NCBI GenBank assembly: GCA_965204375.1
Contig: OZ241986.1
Span: forward strand, 1,952,001-2,016,000
Reading direction: 5' to 3'
DNA length: 64,000 nt
Source of the DNA: Candidatus Latescibacterota bacterium
GTDB lineage: Bacteria > Latescibacterota > UBA2968
A program made the position numbers and the translations under genes. The notes beneath the pieces are model-generated. The model made no database searches. It was not told the origin of the DNA and worked only from the letters and a program-made list of their open reading frames with translations. Below are positions 27,968 to 36,781 of the stretch, in pieces (the stretch's first letter is position 1; each line of letters starts with the position of its first letter).

Positions 27968-29911
27968 ATGAAAGTAAGCACAATTCTTGATCAGATAGAT
28001 ATGGGGGTACTGGCACTGCCCGAGTTTCAGCGGGGTTATGTCTGGAATCGCGAGCAGGTGCGTGAATTCGTGAATTCAATGTATCAAAGGCACCCTGTTG
28101 GAAGCTTGCTGGTGTGGGAAACTGAGACCGTAAATGCAAAGTCGCGCGGAGATGCTCCTTTACCATCTGGCACAGTCAAACTGATTCTCGATGGACAGCA
28201 GAGGATAACCTCTCTTTACGGCATCATCCGTGGCGAATCTCCAACCTTCTTTGATGGCAATGAGAGTGCCTTCACAGGACTTTATTTTAATATTGAGGAA
28301 GAAATTTTTGAGTTCTATGGACCTGTTAAAATGCGAGATAATCCCCTATGGATCAGTGTTACTGATCTAATGAAAAAGGGAATAGGCCAATATTTTAGCC
28401 TCTTGAGCAAAGCTGAACTAAGTCAAAAAGCTGAAGAATACAACAACCGGTTGAACGCCGTAGCAAATATCAAGGACATTGATCTACATGTCGAAGAGGT
28501 CACAGGTAAAGACAAAGATATTGACGTAGTAGTGGACATCTTCAACAAAGTAAACAGCCAGGGGACACGCCTCTCCAAGGGGGATCTGGCACTTGCAAAG
28601 GTATGTGCTGAGTGGCCTAGAGCTAGGCCCGAGATGAAGATCAGACTGAAAAAATGGAACTCTGTTGGATTGCATTTCAAGCTAGACTGGCTATTGCGAT
28701 GTATCAATACGATAACTACTGGAAAAGCCATGTTCGATGCTTTGGAAAATGTATCTCCCTCTGGATTTAAGGATGGACTTGAACAAGCTGAAAAATATAT
28801 TGACTATTTGCTCAACCTGATATCTTCGCGTCTTGGACTCGACCATGATCGAGTTATAGGTAGTAAATACGCTTTCCCACTTATGGCCAAATACTTGAAT
28901 CAACGCGGTGGGAACATTAGAGATTCCCGAGAACAAGATCGGTTACTATTTTGGTACATCCACACGCTGCTTTGGGGCCGTTACTCTGGCTCGACGGAAA
29001 CAACATTAAATCAAGATCTAGAAGCCATCGAAGACATTGATAATGGACTGAACCGATTGATAAAACTACTCCGTAGGAATCGTGGAAATCTTAATATTAA
29101 TCCCTCCGATTTTAGAGGCTGGAGCGTAGGTGCACGTTTTTACCCCATACTTTATATGCTTATGAGAGTCCAGCACGCTCGTGACTGGGAGACCAGCATT
29201 GAACTATCAGACCATATGCTCGGACGTGGCAACAGCCTTCAGCTTCACCACATTTTTCCCAAATCCCTGCTGTATGACCGTGGATATTCTAGGCCGCAGG
29301 TGAACCAGATCGCGAACTTCACTTTCCTAACTCAGGAAACCAACATGAAAGTTTTTAATCAGGATCCGGCTATCTACCTCGATAGATACGCCATGGAAAA
29401 ACCCGGTGTGTTAGAGTCGCACTGGATCCCCATAGACTCTGAGTTGTGGAAACTGGACAATTATCTCGCGTTTCTCGAAGCACGCAGGAAACTTCTCGCA
29501 GAAGCAGCTAATCACTTTCTCCGCTCTCTGGAGTCAGGTTCTCTCTCAGGGCTTCATACAGAAAAAAGAACACTGGAACATGAAGGGCCTGTTGGCGGAA
29601 TCATCAGTTCAGATGAAGAACAGGTACTACTTGATATGAATATCTGGATTGTAGAACAGGGGCTTCCGGAAGGCGAGTTTAGCTATGAATTGGTAGATGA
29701 AAATACAGGCGAGTTAAAGGCTATTTTGGATTTAGCGTGGCCACAAGGCATACAAGAAGGATATAGCCAGCCAGTCGTCTTGTTAATTGATGAAGATTTA
29801 GAAGTCGAAAAAATGGTCAACGAAGCTGGATATAGATTCTTTACGTCACCGGAAGATTTCAGATCCTATGTACAGAATGAGATACTGGCCCTTCACCAAG
29901 CAGCAGACTGA
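27968..29911 (+). CDS. DUF262 (GmrS/ParB-like) plus HNH (DUF1524-like) restriction-type protein with extra C-terminal domain
   Basis: LPEFQRGYVW, ILDGQQRITS, FNKVNSQG, LHHIFP...IANFTFL..ETN. Start reassigned to ATG 27968. Confidence 0.88.
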   Translation: MKVSTILDQIDMGVLALPEFQRGYVWNREQVREFVNSMYQRHPVGSLLVWETETVNAKSRGDAPLPSGTVKLILDGQQRITSLYGIIRGESPTFFDGNESAFTGLYFNIEEEIFEFYGPVKMRDNPLWISVTDLMKKGIGQYFSLLSKAELSQKAEEYNNRLNAVANIKDIDLHVEEVTGKDKDIDVVVDIFNKVNSQGTRLSKGDLALAKVCAEWPRARPEMKIRLKKWNSVGLHFKLDWLLRCINTITTGKAMFDALENVSPSGFKDGLEQAEKYIDYLLNLISSRLGLDHDRVIGSKYAFPLMAKYLNQRGGNIRDSREQDRLLFWYIHTLLWGRYSGSTETTLNQDLEAIEDIDNGLNRLIKLLRRNRGNLNINPSDFRGWSVGARFYPILYMLMRVQHARDWETSIELSDHMLGRGNSLQLHHIFPKSLLYDRGYSRPQVNQIANFTFLTQETNMKVFNQDPAIYLDRYAMEKPGVLESHWIPIDSELWKLDNYLAFLEARRKLLAEAANHFLRSLESGSLSGLHTEKRTLEHEGPVGGIISSDEEQVLLDMNIWIVEQGLPEGEFSYELVDENTGELKAILDLAWPQGIQEGYSQPVVLLIDEDLEVEKMVNEAGYRFFTSPEDFRSYVQNEILALHQAAD

Positions 29912-30005
29912 AGTTAGAAATGTTAATAGTATTGGTAATCAACCATTTATCCTTAACTTATAAGCATTGGAGAACCACTATAGCCTTTTGACTTCGTATC
30001 CAATA

Positions 30006-30039
30006 AAAAGCCCCGTGATTTTTTAATCACGGGGCTTTT
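30006..30039. terminator. Bidirectional intrinsic terminator
   Basis: aaaagccccgtgatt-tttt-aatcacggggctttt between convergent genes. Confidence 0.85.
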
Positions 30040-30064
30040 AGTTTAATCGGCAGACCTTAGTATT

Positions 30065-30442
30065 TCAACCTTTGAGCCACGCCGCCAGATTATCGTTGTA
30101 AATTCGCACTATCTGTGGAATATAAAAGGCATCAACCAACACCCAGATGGTCGAAATAAGAAACATGATAAATCCAAACCCAAAGCTAACGGCAAATGGG
30201 TCGTCTGTTTGTGAGGATGAGTTATCCCTGAGTGATGACTCATCCATGGAGATTGCAGAGACGAACATCAGAAAAAGCGACATAATTGTGATGGTCAGAA
30301 TCGCTGCACCCGTCCCCTTTTTTTGCAGGTAGAACCTGTGTCCGCCAAATAGGCCAAGGAAAAACCAGAATAGATAAGCGATCCCGACAGACTTCTTGGA
30401 GGAATCGTAATGCATCATCTTTTCAACATCCGTATCAGACAT
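30065..30442 (-). CDS. TM2/NINE domain membrane protein
   Basis: KKSVGIAYLFWFFLGLFGGHRFYL, WVLVDAFYIP. Confidence 0.88.
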   Translation of the reverse strand: MSDTDVEKMMHYDSSKKSVGIAYLFWFFLGLFGGHRFYLQKKGTGAAILTITIMSLFLMFVSAISMDESSLRDNSSSQTDDPFAVSFGFGFIMFLISTIWVLVDAFYIPQIVRIYNDNLAAWLKG

Positions 30443-30473
30443 AATACGCACCTCTTGCAGGTTTCCTTTCTAT

Positions 30474-30737
30474 CTATCCTGAGCGAGGCCCAAAGTGACG
30501 AGCATACCGGGATCCAACACGCCTTGTCCATATTTGTGCATCAAATCTGCGGGCAAGAAGCCTGTCTGATGCAGCCAGTTCGTCCTGATCAACCTCATAT
30601 TCCCCCATCTCGATGTCAATAACCACAAATTTACCTTCATCGGCAGGTTTAAAATGAGGACTTATGTCTCGGTCATAAATCTCATCGCCACGTCGCGCGA
30701 ACTCTTCTTTGCTGTACCGAGATTTTGATACGGACAT
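30474..30737 (-). CDS. Small hypothetical protein (DUF5678-like)
   Basis: EEFARRGDEIY, GKFVVIDIE.GEYEVD, RVG; AAGGA upstream. Confidence 0.7.
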   Translation of the reverse strand: MSVSKSRYSKEEFARRGDEIYDRDISPHFKPADEGKFVVIDIEMGEYEVDQDELAASDRLLARRFDAQIWTRRVGSRYARHFGPRSG

Positions 30738-30777
30738 ATAATTCTTCCTTGGTCTTGCACCAACTGGTATTTTTTAC

Positions 30778-31518
30778 TCATCTGATGAAGACGCCAATAT
30801 TCAATGGGATATACCTTGTATTATAATCTTCGTCCATTATCAGATTATATCTCACGGCGATAAAGATGCCGAATCTATCAGTCAAATTTAGCCGTATTCC
30901 ACCACCAAAATTAAGCCCAAATCGACTCGTATTTTCAGACGGTATCACTCTCAGGATGCTATCATCCCTTATACTGGGATAAAAATTTACCCATATAATA
31001 CCAGATGAAGAACTTCTAAACCAACTCACACCACCTATGAGATATGGGACAACTTTTAAATCAGACGCCCCGGGATTCACCATAAAATTTAGAGATATAG
31101 CCAGAACATTCAAAGATGGCCCGCGAATTGAGGCATTTGTCAACTCTTGTGATAGTAATGCCCCACCCTCCTCTCGAATCCTGCTAATCGTTCTGTCTCC
31201 ATCGAAAGGATGTGTAGTATAGTGCAGATTTCCGTGTAGGGCCACTCTCTGGCGTGCATCTAAAAAATATCCAAAACCAACTCCTATATTAAATCCCGTT
31301 TTATAGTGATCAAGAAATTCACCGGGTTTATCGCGGATGAGAAAACGCCCACTGGGGGTTTCAATTTTAAACTCTGGAGTTCGAAGCTTAGTATCTCGAG
31401 CAGAAAGAATGGAAATTCCCCCGTTAAAGAACGCAATGATTTTAGACTGAGCATGAGCAGACACAGGAACCAGGAAATAGATACCGCAAAATACTGCGAA
31501 AAATTTCATAAGGCGCAT
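30778..31518 (-). CDS. Outer-membrane beta-barrel protein
   Basis: Signal peptide (AHA-Q), PYLIGG, FGLNFGGG, terminal strand LNIGVFIR; AT-richer. Confidence 0.75.
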   Translation of the reverse strand: MRLMKFFAVFCGIYFLVPVSAHAQSKIIAFFNGGISILSARDTKLRTPEFKIETPSGRFLIRDKPGEFLDHYKTGFNIGVGFGYFLDARQRVALHGNLHYTTHPFDGDRTISRIREEGGALLSQELTNASIRGPSLNVLAISLNFMVNPGASDLKVVPYLIGGVSWFRSSSSGIIWVNFYPSIRDDSILRVIPSENTSRFGLNFGGGIRLNLTDRFGIFIAVRYNLIMDEDYNTRYIPLNIGVFIR

Positions 31519-31551
31519 CTTAGATTTCTTTTTTCCAGCGGACCATCGCCA

Positions 31552-31818
31552 TTACCCCCCCGCAATCGACGTCACGAAATGAACCTCGCTATCGGGGGGG
31601 ATCTGTGTCCGCAAACCCTCTTCGGTGACAACGCCGTCAATCGCAACAGCCAGTCCCGGTGCAATCCGATAATCCTCGTACACCACCCGATCTTTAATCC
31701 CGGGAAATTGTGCATCCAGATTTTCGATTACCTCGCGCAGGGTATTGCCACCAACAATCACCTTCTCCTGGCCATCGGTCAATTTGCGCATCAGCGAAGG
31801 AATCCACACTTCAGGCAT
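31552..31818 (-). CDS. MoaD/ThiS-family sulfur carrier
   Basis: Beta-grasp size and pattern, C-terminal IAGG. Confidence 0.9.
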   Translation of the reverse strand: MPEVWIPSLMRKLTDGQEKVIVGGNTLREVIENLDAQFPGIKDRVVYEDYRIAPGLAVAIDGVVTEEGLRTQIPPDSEVHFVTSIAGG

Positions 31819-31845
31819 GTCAAAACTCCTATTTCTCTGGTCCTC

Positions 31846-34146
31846 TCAGGCCGAGCCGTTCCCACCATTTTTATCCCACCAGGCTTCCAACACGCGAGGA
31901 GGCGACATAGGCAACTCGGTCAGACGCAGGCCAATAGCATCGTAAATCGCATTGGCAACCGCTGCTGTGGGTGGCACAATCGGCACCTCTCCCACTCCGC
32001 GCACGCCATAGGGATGCCCCGGATTGGGAACCTCGACAATATGCGCATCAATCATCGGCAAATCCAAACACGTCGGCATGCGATAATCCAATAAGCTGCT
32101 ATTCCGCAAAATGCCATCTTCATCGTACACATACTCTTCATTGAGCGCCCAACCAATCGCCTGCGCCACGCCGCCCTGCATCTGTCCCTCTACATAAGGC
32201 GGATAAATCGCTTTCCCAGCATCCTGGAAAATCGACGCACGCAAAATATCTACTTTGCCCGTATCGGGATCGACCTCCACATCCACAATCGCCACCGCAT
32301 AAGCACCCCCAACACCTGTGGGTTTTGCCGTGGCGCGCCCCATCACCGGTCCGCCTGTTGAATCGAGTTTGGCCGCCAAATCCTTAAACGTAATCGACTT
32401 TGACGGATCGGACTTCGAGCGGAACACAGCCTGATCGAACTCGACATCATCCTCGGAAATCTCCCACAGGATTGCCGCACGCGCCATCATCTGCTCTTTG
32501 ATATCCTGCGCGCACTTATAAGCCGCCCAACCCGTCGCAAATGTCGTGCGAGAACCACCCGTCACACCCGTATAACCAATCGAATCCGTATCGCCCACCT
32601 GCGGGCGAATCTGCTGTTCTGAAATACCCAGCACCTCGGCCATCTGCATCGCAACCGACGTGCGCGTACCCCCAATATCTGTCGAACCTTCCACCAGATT
32701 GATCGTGCCATCGTCATTCACACTCGCAGCCGCACTCGAAACACCACCTCCATTGCCCCAGAAACCAGACGCCACGCCGCGACCGCGATATTTTCCATTC
32801 AGCGCAGTCTGATAATGGTCAGAAGAGACTGCAGCGCGAACGCATTCCTCGTGTCCAATGCGCTTATTCACGGGACCATCTGCGCGACGCGTACCTTCTT
32901 TTGCAGAATTGCTCAACCGAAATTCCAGCGGATCGACCCCCAATTTCTCTGCGAGCTCATCCACCACGGTTTCAACGGCAAAAGCCGCATTCGTCGTGCC
33001 CGGCGCGCGATAGGCCGAAGAGGAGGGCTTGTTGTTCACCACATCATAACCATCCACCAGAACATGCGGGATAACATAAGGCGCAAGCATATTGCGCGCC
33101 CCTGCCCCCACGGGACTGCCGGAAAAAGCCCCCGCCTCATAAACCAATTTACTCTCAGCAGCCACGAGCTTGCCATCATTGGTCGCCCCCATCTTCACCC
33201 GAATCCACGAACCCGACGTTGGGCCAGTCGCCTGCAAGACCTCGGTGCGGGTCATAATCATTTTCACCGGATGCCCGGTTTTTCTCGACAACAGCGCGGC
33301 AATCGGTTCCAAATACGCTTTGATCTTCCCGCCAAATCCCCCGCCAATCTCCAGGGGCACAACCTTAATTTGCGACACGGGAATACCCAAAATCCTCGCG
33401 GTCTGATCCCGCACGCCAAACGCACCCTGATTGCTGCACCAGATCGTCACCACATCATCGGCATTCCACAACACCGTGGCATTTTGCGGCTCGATATAGC
33501 CCTGATGCACCATATCCGTGAGAAACTCGCGCTCGACAACCATATCCGATTCGGCAAATCCCTGTTCAATATCGCCCAATTCCGTGCGAAAATGCGACGC
33601 CACATTGCTGAAATTATCGCTCCTCTCGCCCATCGAATTGGTTCTCTGATCTTCATGCACCAGAGGCGCATCATCCTTCATCGCCTCCCGCACATCCAGC
33701 ACATGGGGCAACACCTCGTATTCGACCTCAATCAAATCCAAGGCTTCTTCGGCAATATGGACATTGGTCGCCGCCACCGCCGCCACGGGATACCCCTGAT
33801 AGAGCACCTTTTCACGTGCCAATACCGCCGCACACATATCCTTAACCCGCACCACCTCTTCGCCCAAATCGGCCAACTGCTCCTCGGCATTAAGTGCCAA
33901 ATCCTGTCCCGTAACAACCGCGCGCACGCCTTCAAGCGCTTCGGCCTTGCTCGTATCAATCGACTTAATCCGAGCGTGCGCGTGCGGACTTCGCAAAACG
34001 CTGGCATGCAACATATCGGGCAAATTGAGGTCCGTACCGTAAATCGCCCTGCCCGTCACCTTATCCGCGCCATCGTGCCGCACAGGCCGCGTCCCCACGA
34101 CCTTGTAATCCGTAATACCCAAATAATCTTCCTGTGGAATCGCCAT
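31846..34146 (-). CDS. Xanthine dehydrogenase-family molybdopterin-binding (large) subunit
   Basis: KVTG, LRSPHAHARI, GGGFGGK, AYRAPG, EGQMQGG, LDYRMP, GVGE. Confidence 0.93.
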   Translation of the reverse strand: MAIPQEDYLGITDYKVVGTRPVRHDGADKVTGRAIYGTDLNLPDMLHASVLRSPHAHARIKSIDTSKAEALEGVRAVVTGQDLALNAEEQLADLGEEVVRVKDMCAAVLAREKVLYQGYPVAAVAATNVHIAEEALDLIEVEYEVLPHVLDVREAMKDDAPLVHEDQRTNSMGERSDNFSNVASHFRTELGDIEQGFAESDMVVEREFLTDMVHQGYIEPQNATVLWNADDVVTIWCSNQGAFGVRDQTARILGIPVSQIKVVPLEIGGGFGGKIKAYLEPIAALLSRKTGHPVKMIMTRTEVLQATGPTSGSWIRVKMGATNDGKLVAAESKLVYEAGAFSGSPVGAGARNMLAPYVIPHVLVDGYDVVNNKPSSSAYRAPGTTNAAFAVETVVDELAEKLGVDPLEFRLSNSAKEGTRRADGPVNKRIGHEECVRAAVSSDHYQTALNGKYRGRGVASGFWGNGGGVSSAAASVNDDGTINLVEGSTDIGGTRTSVAMQMAEVLGISEQQIRPQVGDTDSIGYTGVTGGSRTTFATGWAAYKCAQDIKEQMMARAAILWEISEDDVEFDQAVFRSKSDPSKSITFKDLAAKLDSTGGPVMGRATAKPTGVGGAYAVAIVDVEVDPDTGKVDILRASIFQDAGKAIYPPYVEGQMQGGVAQAIGWALNEEYVYDEDGILRNSSLLDYRMPTCLDLPMIDAHIVEVPNPGHPYGVRGVGEVPIVPPTAAVANAIYDAIGLRLTELPMSPPRVLEAWWDKNGGNGSA

Positions 34147-34228
34147 TTATTCCTCCTGTAATAATAAAATTGCAATCCTGATCGACTAAAAAAAATAATG
34201 CAGACCGCGCCCCCTGTCCAGTCTTTAA

Positions 34229-35128
34229 TCAAGCATCGCTTATCTTGATACCGGACAGGGTCTCAATAGTCTTTGTCACGGCTGAAAAATCGAGTGCGCC
34301 AGCACCCAGGCTACTGGCGGCCGCATACATTTGATAAGCCACAGCACCCAGAGGCACGGGCACATTCATTGCGCGGCCCATCTCCACGCCAATACCGATA
34401 TCCTTCTTCATCAGATCGAGCATAAATCCCGGCGCGTACTCATCCTTAAACACAAAATCCGCAACGCGCGCCTGAAAAGCCGACGAATCGCCCGAACTCA
34501 CGCTAATCACCTGCCGCATCACCTCGGGATCGGCACCCGCTTTAACGCCCAATGTAAGCCCCTCTGCAATCGCAGCCATCGTAATACCGCCGAGCAACTG
34601 ATTGACAATTTTAACCGTTTGCCCCACGCCAACATCGCCCACATGAAAAATATTCTCACTATTGCCCATCGCGTCAAAAATCCCCTCACAGCGATCAAAA
34701 TCGGCCTTTGCCCCGCCCGCAATAATAGTCAGCGTGCCGTTAATCGCCCCAATATCGCCGCCACTTACCGGCGCATCCATCACGCGAACCCCATTTTGCG
34801 AAGCCTGTTCTGCCACATCTTGAATCGTCAACGGCGAAATCGTACTCATATCCACAATGAGATCGCCTTCAGATGCCCCGGCCAAAACACCCTCATCGCC
34901 CAAAATGACCTCGCGCACCTCGGGATCAGCCGTCACAATCGTAATAATAATATCCGCAGCCTCGCCCACCGCCTGTGACGAAGGCACAAAAGTCGCCCCC
35001 GCGCCCTCCATCTCGGCCACAATCTCGTCTCGCCGTGCGTAAAAGACCACATCAAAATCCGCCTTCAAAAGATTGTGACACATAGGCTTGCCCATAATCC
35101 CCAAACCGACAAATCCAATCTTATCCAT
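34229..35128 (-). CDS. Beta-hydroxyacid dehydrogenase (GarR/MmsB family)
   Basis: GFVGLGIMG, DMSTISP, DAPVSGG, KIVNQ, KDI. Start reassigned to ATG 35128. Confidence 0.9.
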   Translation of the reverse strand: MDKIGFVGLGIMGKPMCHNLLKADFDVVFYARRDEIVAEMEGAGATFVPSSQAVGEAADIIITIVTADPEVREVILGDEGVLAGASEGDLIVDMSTISPLTIQDVAEQASQNGVRVMDAPVSGGDIGAINGTLTIIAGGAKADFDRCEGIFDAMGNSENIFHVGDVGVGQTVKIVNQLLGGITMAAIAEGLTLGVKAGADPEVMRQVISVSSGDSSAFQARVADFVFKDEYAPGFMLDLMKKDIGIGVEMGRAMNVPVPLGAVAYQMYAAASSLGAGALDFSAVTKTIETLSGIKISDA

Positions 35129-35165
35129 CTCACCACTCCTTCTCTGGTAAAACATCTATTTGTCT

Positions 35166-35194
35166 TTGACAACTATAATACTTCGATATAATAT
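35166..35194 (+). promoter_or_regulatory. Sigma70-like promoter of the FGGY kinase gene
   Basis: TTGACA at 35166, then TAATAT at 17-nt spacing (TATAAT at 15-nt spacing). Confidence 0.6.
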
Positions 35195-35233
35195 AACCGC
35201 ATCCCACCCTATCATCAGAAAAAAGAGCCAACC

Positions 35234-36781
35234 ATGAACACAAAAACATCCTCCGACCCTTTACTTATCGGCATCGATGTGGGAACCACCAACATCAAAG
35301 CTCTGATCTTCGATCCTCGGGGGCACGAAATCGCCCGCGCACAGGCCAAAACGCCCACGCACCATCCACAGCCGGAATGGGCGTATTACAAACCAGAAGA
35401 ACTCTGGGAAACCGTGTGCGGCGTCTTAAAAAAGGCTGTCGCACAAATCGACAACCCCGCCAATATCACCGGCATAGCCACCGCGAGCATTGGCGAAACG
35501 GGCGTCCCAATCAACAAACGCGGAAACCCAACCGGTCCTGCAATTGCGTGGTTTGATCAGCGCACCCGCCCGCAATGCGAACAACTGCAAAAAATCTTTG
35601 ACCGCGACGAACTCTTCTCGCTTACAGGGCTTCCACTGCAACCTATTTCTGGTCTGTGCAAAATCCTCTGGATACGCGAACATCAGCCCGAAGCCTTTGC
35701 ACGCACTGCGACTTGGCTCAACACTGCCGATTATATTGCCTTCCGACTATCGGGCATACCCGCCACCGACTATTCCCTCGCCTCTCGCACCCTTGCCTTT
35801 GACCTCCACAGGCGGCAATGGGCAAACGATCTTCTCAGTGAAGTCCGTCTTTCTCCAAATATCTTCGCGCCACTTTGCACTGCGGGAACAGACCTGGGTC
35901 CCATCCTTCCCGACATCGCACGCGAAATCGGCCTGCCCCTGCACACGCGAATATGCGCTGGTGGACACGACCATATTTGCGGCGCACTTGCCGTCGGCGT
36001 TACAGAGCCGGGAACAATGCTCAATTCTCTGGGCACCGCAGAAGCCATGTGCCTGCCCATTTCCCAGCCGCTTACAGACCCGCAAATAGGCCGCCAGAAC
36101 TTCACCGTAGGCGCACATGTCGCACCCGATCAATATTACTTCCTCGGCGGATTATTCACAAGCGGTGCGAGCATCGAGTGGTTCCGCAGTTTATTTGGCG
36201 AAGGCGCAGACTATAAAACCTTAATTTCCGAAGCGAGCGAATCACCCCCCGGCAGCCTGGGCGTTGGCTTTCTTCCACAACTGCGCTTTACCAACCCACC
36301 CCATGCAGAAGCCATAGCGCGCGGAACATTTATTGGCCTGACACCCGATGTCAACCGAGGTACGCTCTTTCGCGCAATCCTCGAAGGTCTATCTATGGAA
36401 ATGCGCCATATTATCGACGCGTCCAAATCTCATCCCGGCGTGCCCGAAACAAAAAATATCGTCGCAATCGGCGGCGGCGTACGCAATCAACTCCTCATGC
36501 AAATCAAAGCCACCGTTCTCGACCAGCCCATCGCCATTGCTGAAATGGATGAAGCAACGGCCCTGGGCGCAGCAGTACTCGCCGGATTGGGCACAGGAAT
36601 TTACACCGACGTAGCCGATGCCCTGCACACGCTTGACATTCCCATGCAGACCATTCATCCCATACCCGATCAGGTCGCGCACTACAACAGAATTTACAAC
36701 CGCGTACACAAACAAATTTACCCGGCAGTACAAGACCTGCACCACCGGATTGACCAGATCCAGATGACAACGATCAGATAA
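35234..36781 (+). CDS. FGGY-family carbohydrate kinase (xylulo/fuculokinase-like)
   Basis: GIDVGTTNIKA, WFDQR, SLASRT, GGHDH, GTAE, GGG, ALGAA. Confidence 0.92.
   Translation: MNTKTSSDPLLIGIDVGTTNIKALIFDPRGHEIARAQAKTPTHHPQPEWAYYKPEELWETVCGVLKKAVAQIDNPANITGIATASIGETGVPINKRGNPTGPAIAWFDQRTRPQCEQLQKIFDRDELFSLTGLPLQPISGLCKILWIREHQPEAFARTATWLNTADYIAFRLSGIPATDYSLASRTLAFDLHRRQWANDLLSEVRLSPNIFAPLCTAGTDLGPILPDIAREIGLPLHTRICAGGHDHICGALAVGVTEPGTMLNSLGTAEAMCLPISQPLTDPQIGRQNFTVGAHVAPDQYYFLGGLFTSGASIEWFRSLFGEGADYKTLISEASESPPGSLGVGFLPQLRFTNPPHAEAIARGTFIGLTPDVNRGTLFRAILEGLSMEMRHIIDASKSHPGVPETKNIVAIGGGVRNQLLMQIKATVLDQPIAIAEMDEATALGAAVLAGLGTGIYTDVADALHTLDIPMQTIHPIPDQVAHYNRIYNRVHKQIYPAVQDLHHRIDQIQMTTIR

Noticed and set aside
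32815-34161. 448-aa plus-strand ORF
   Set aside because: Antisense shadow of the Mo-hydroxylase gene; no motifs or RBS.
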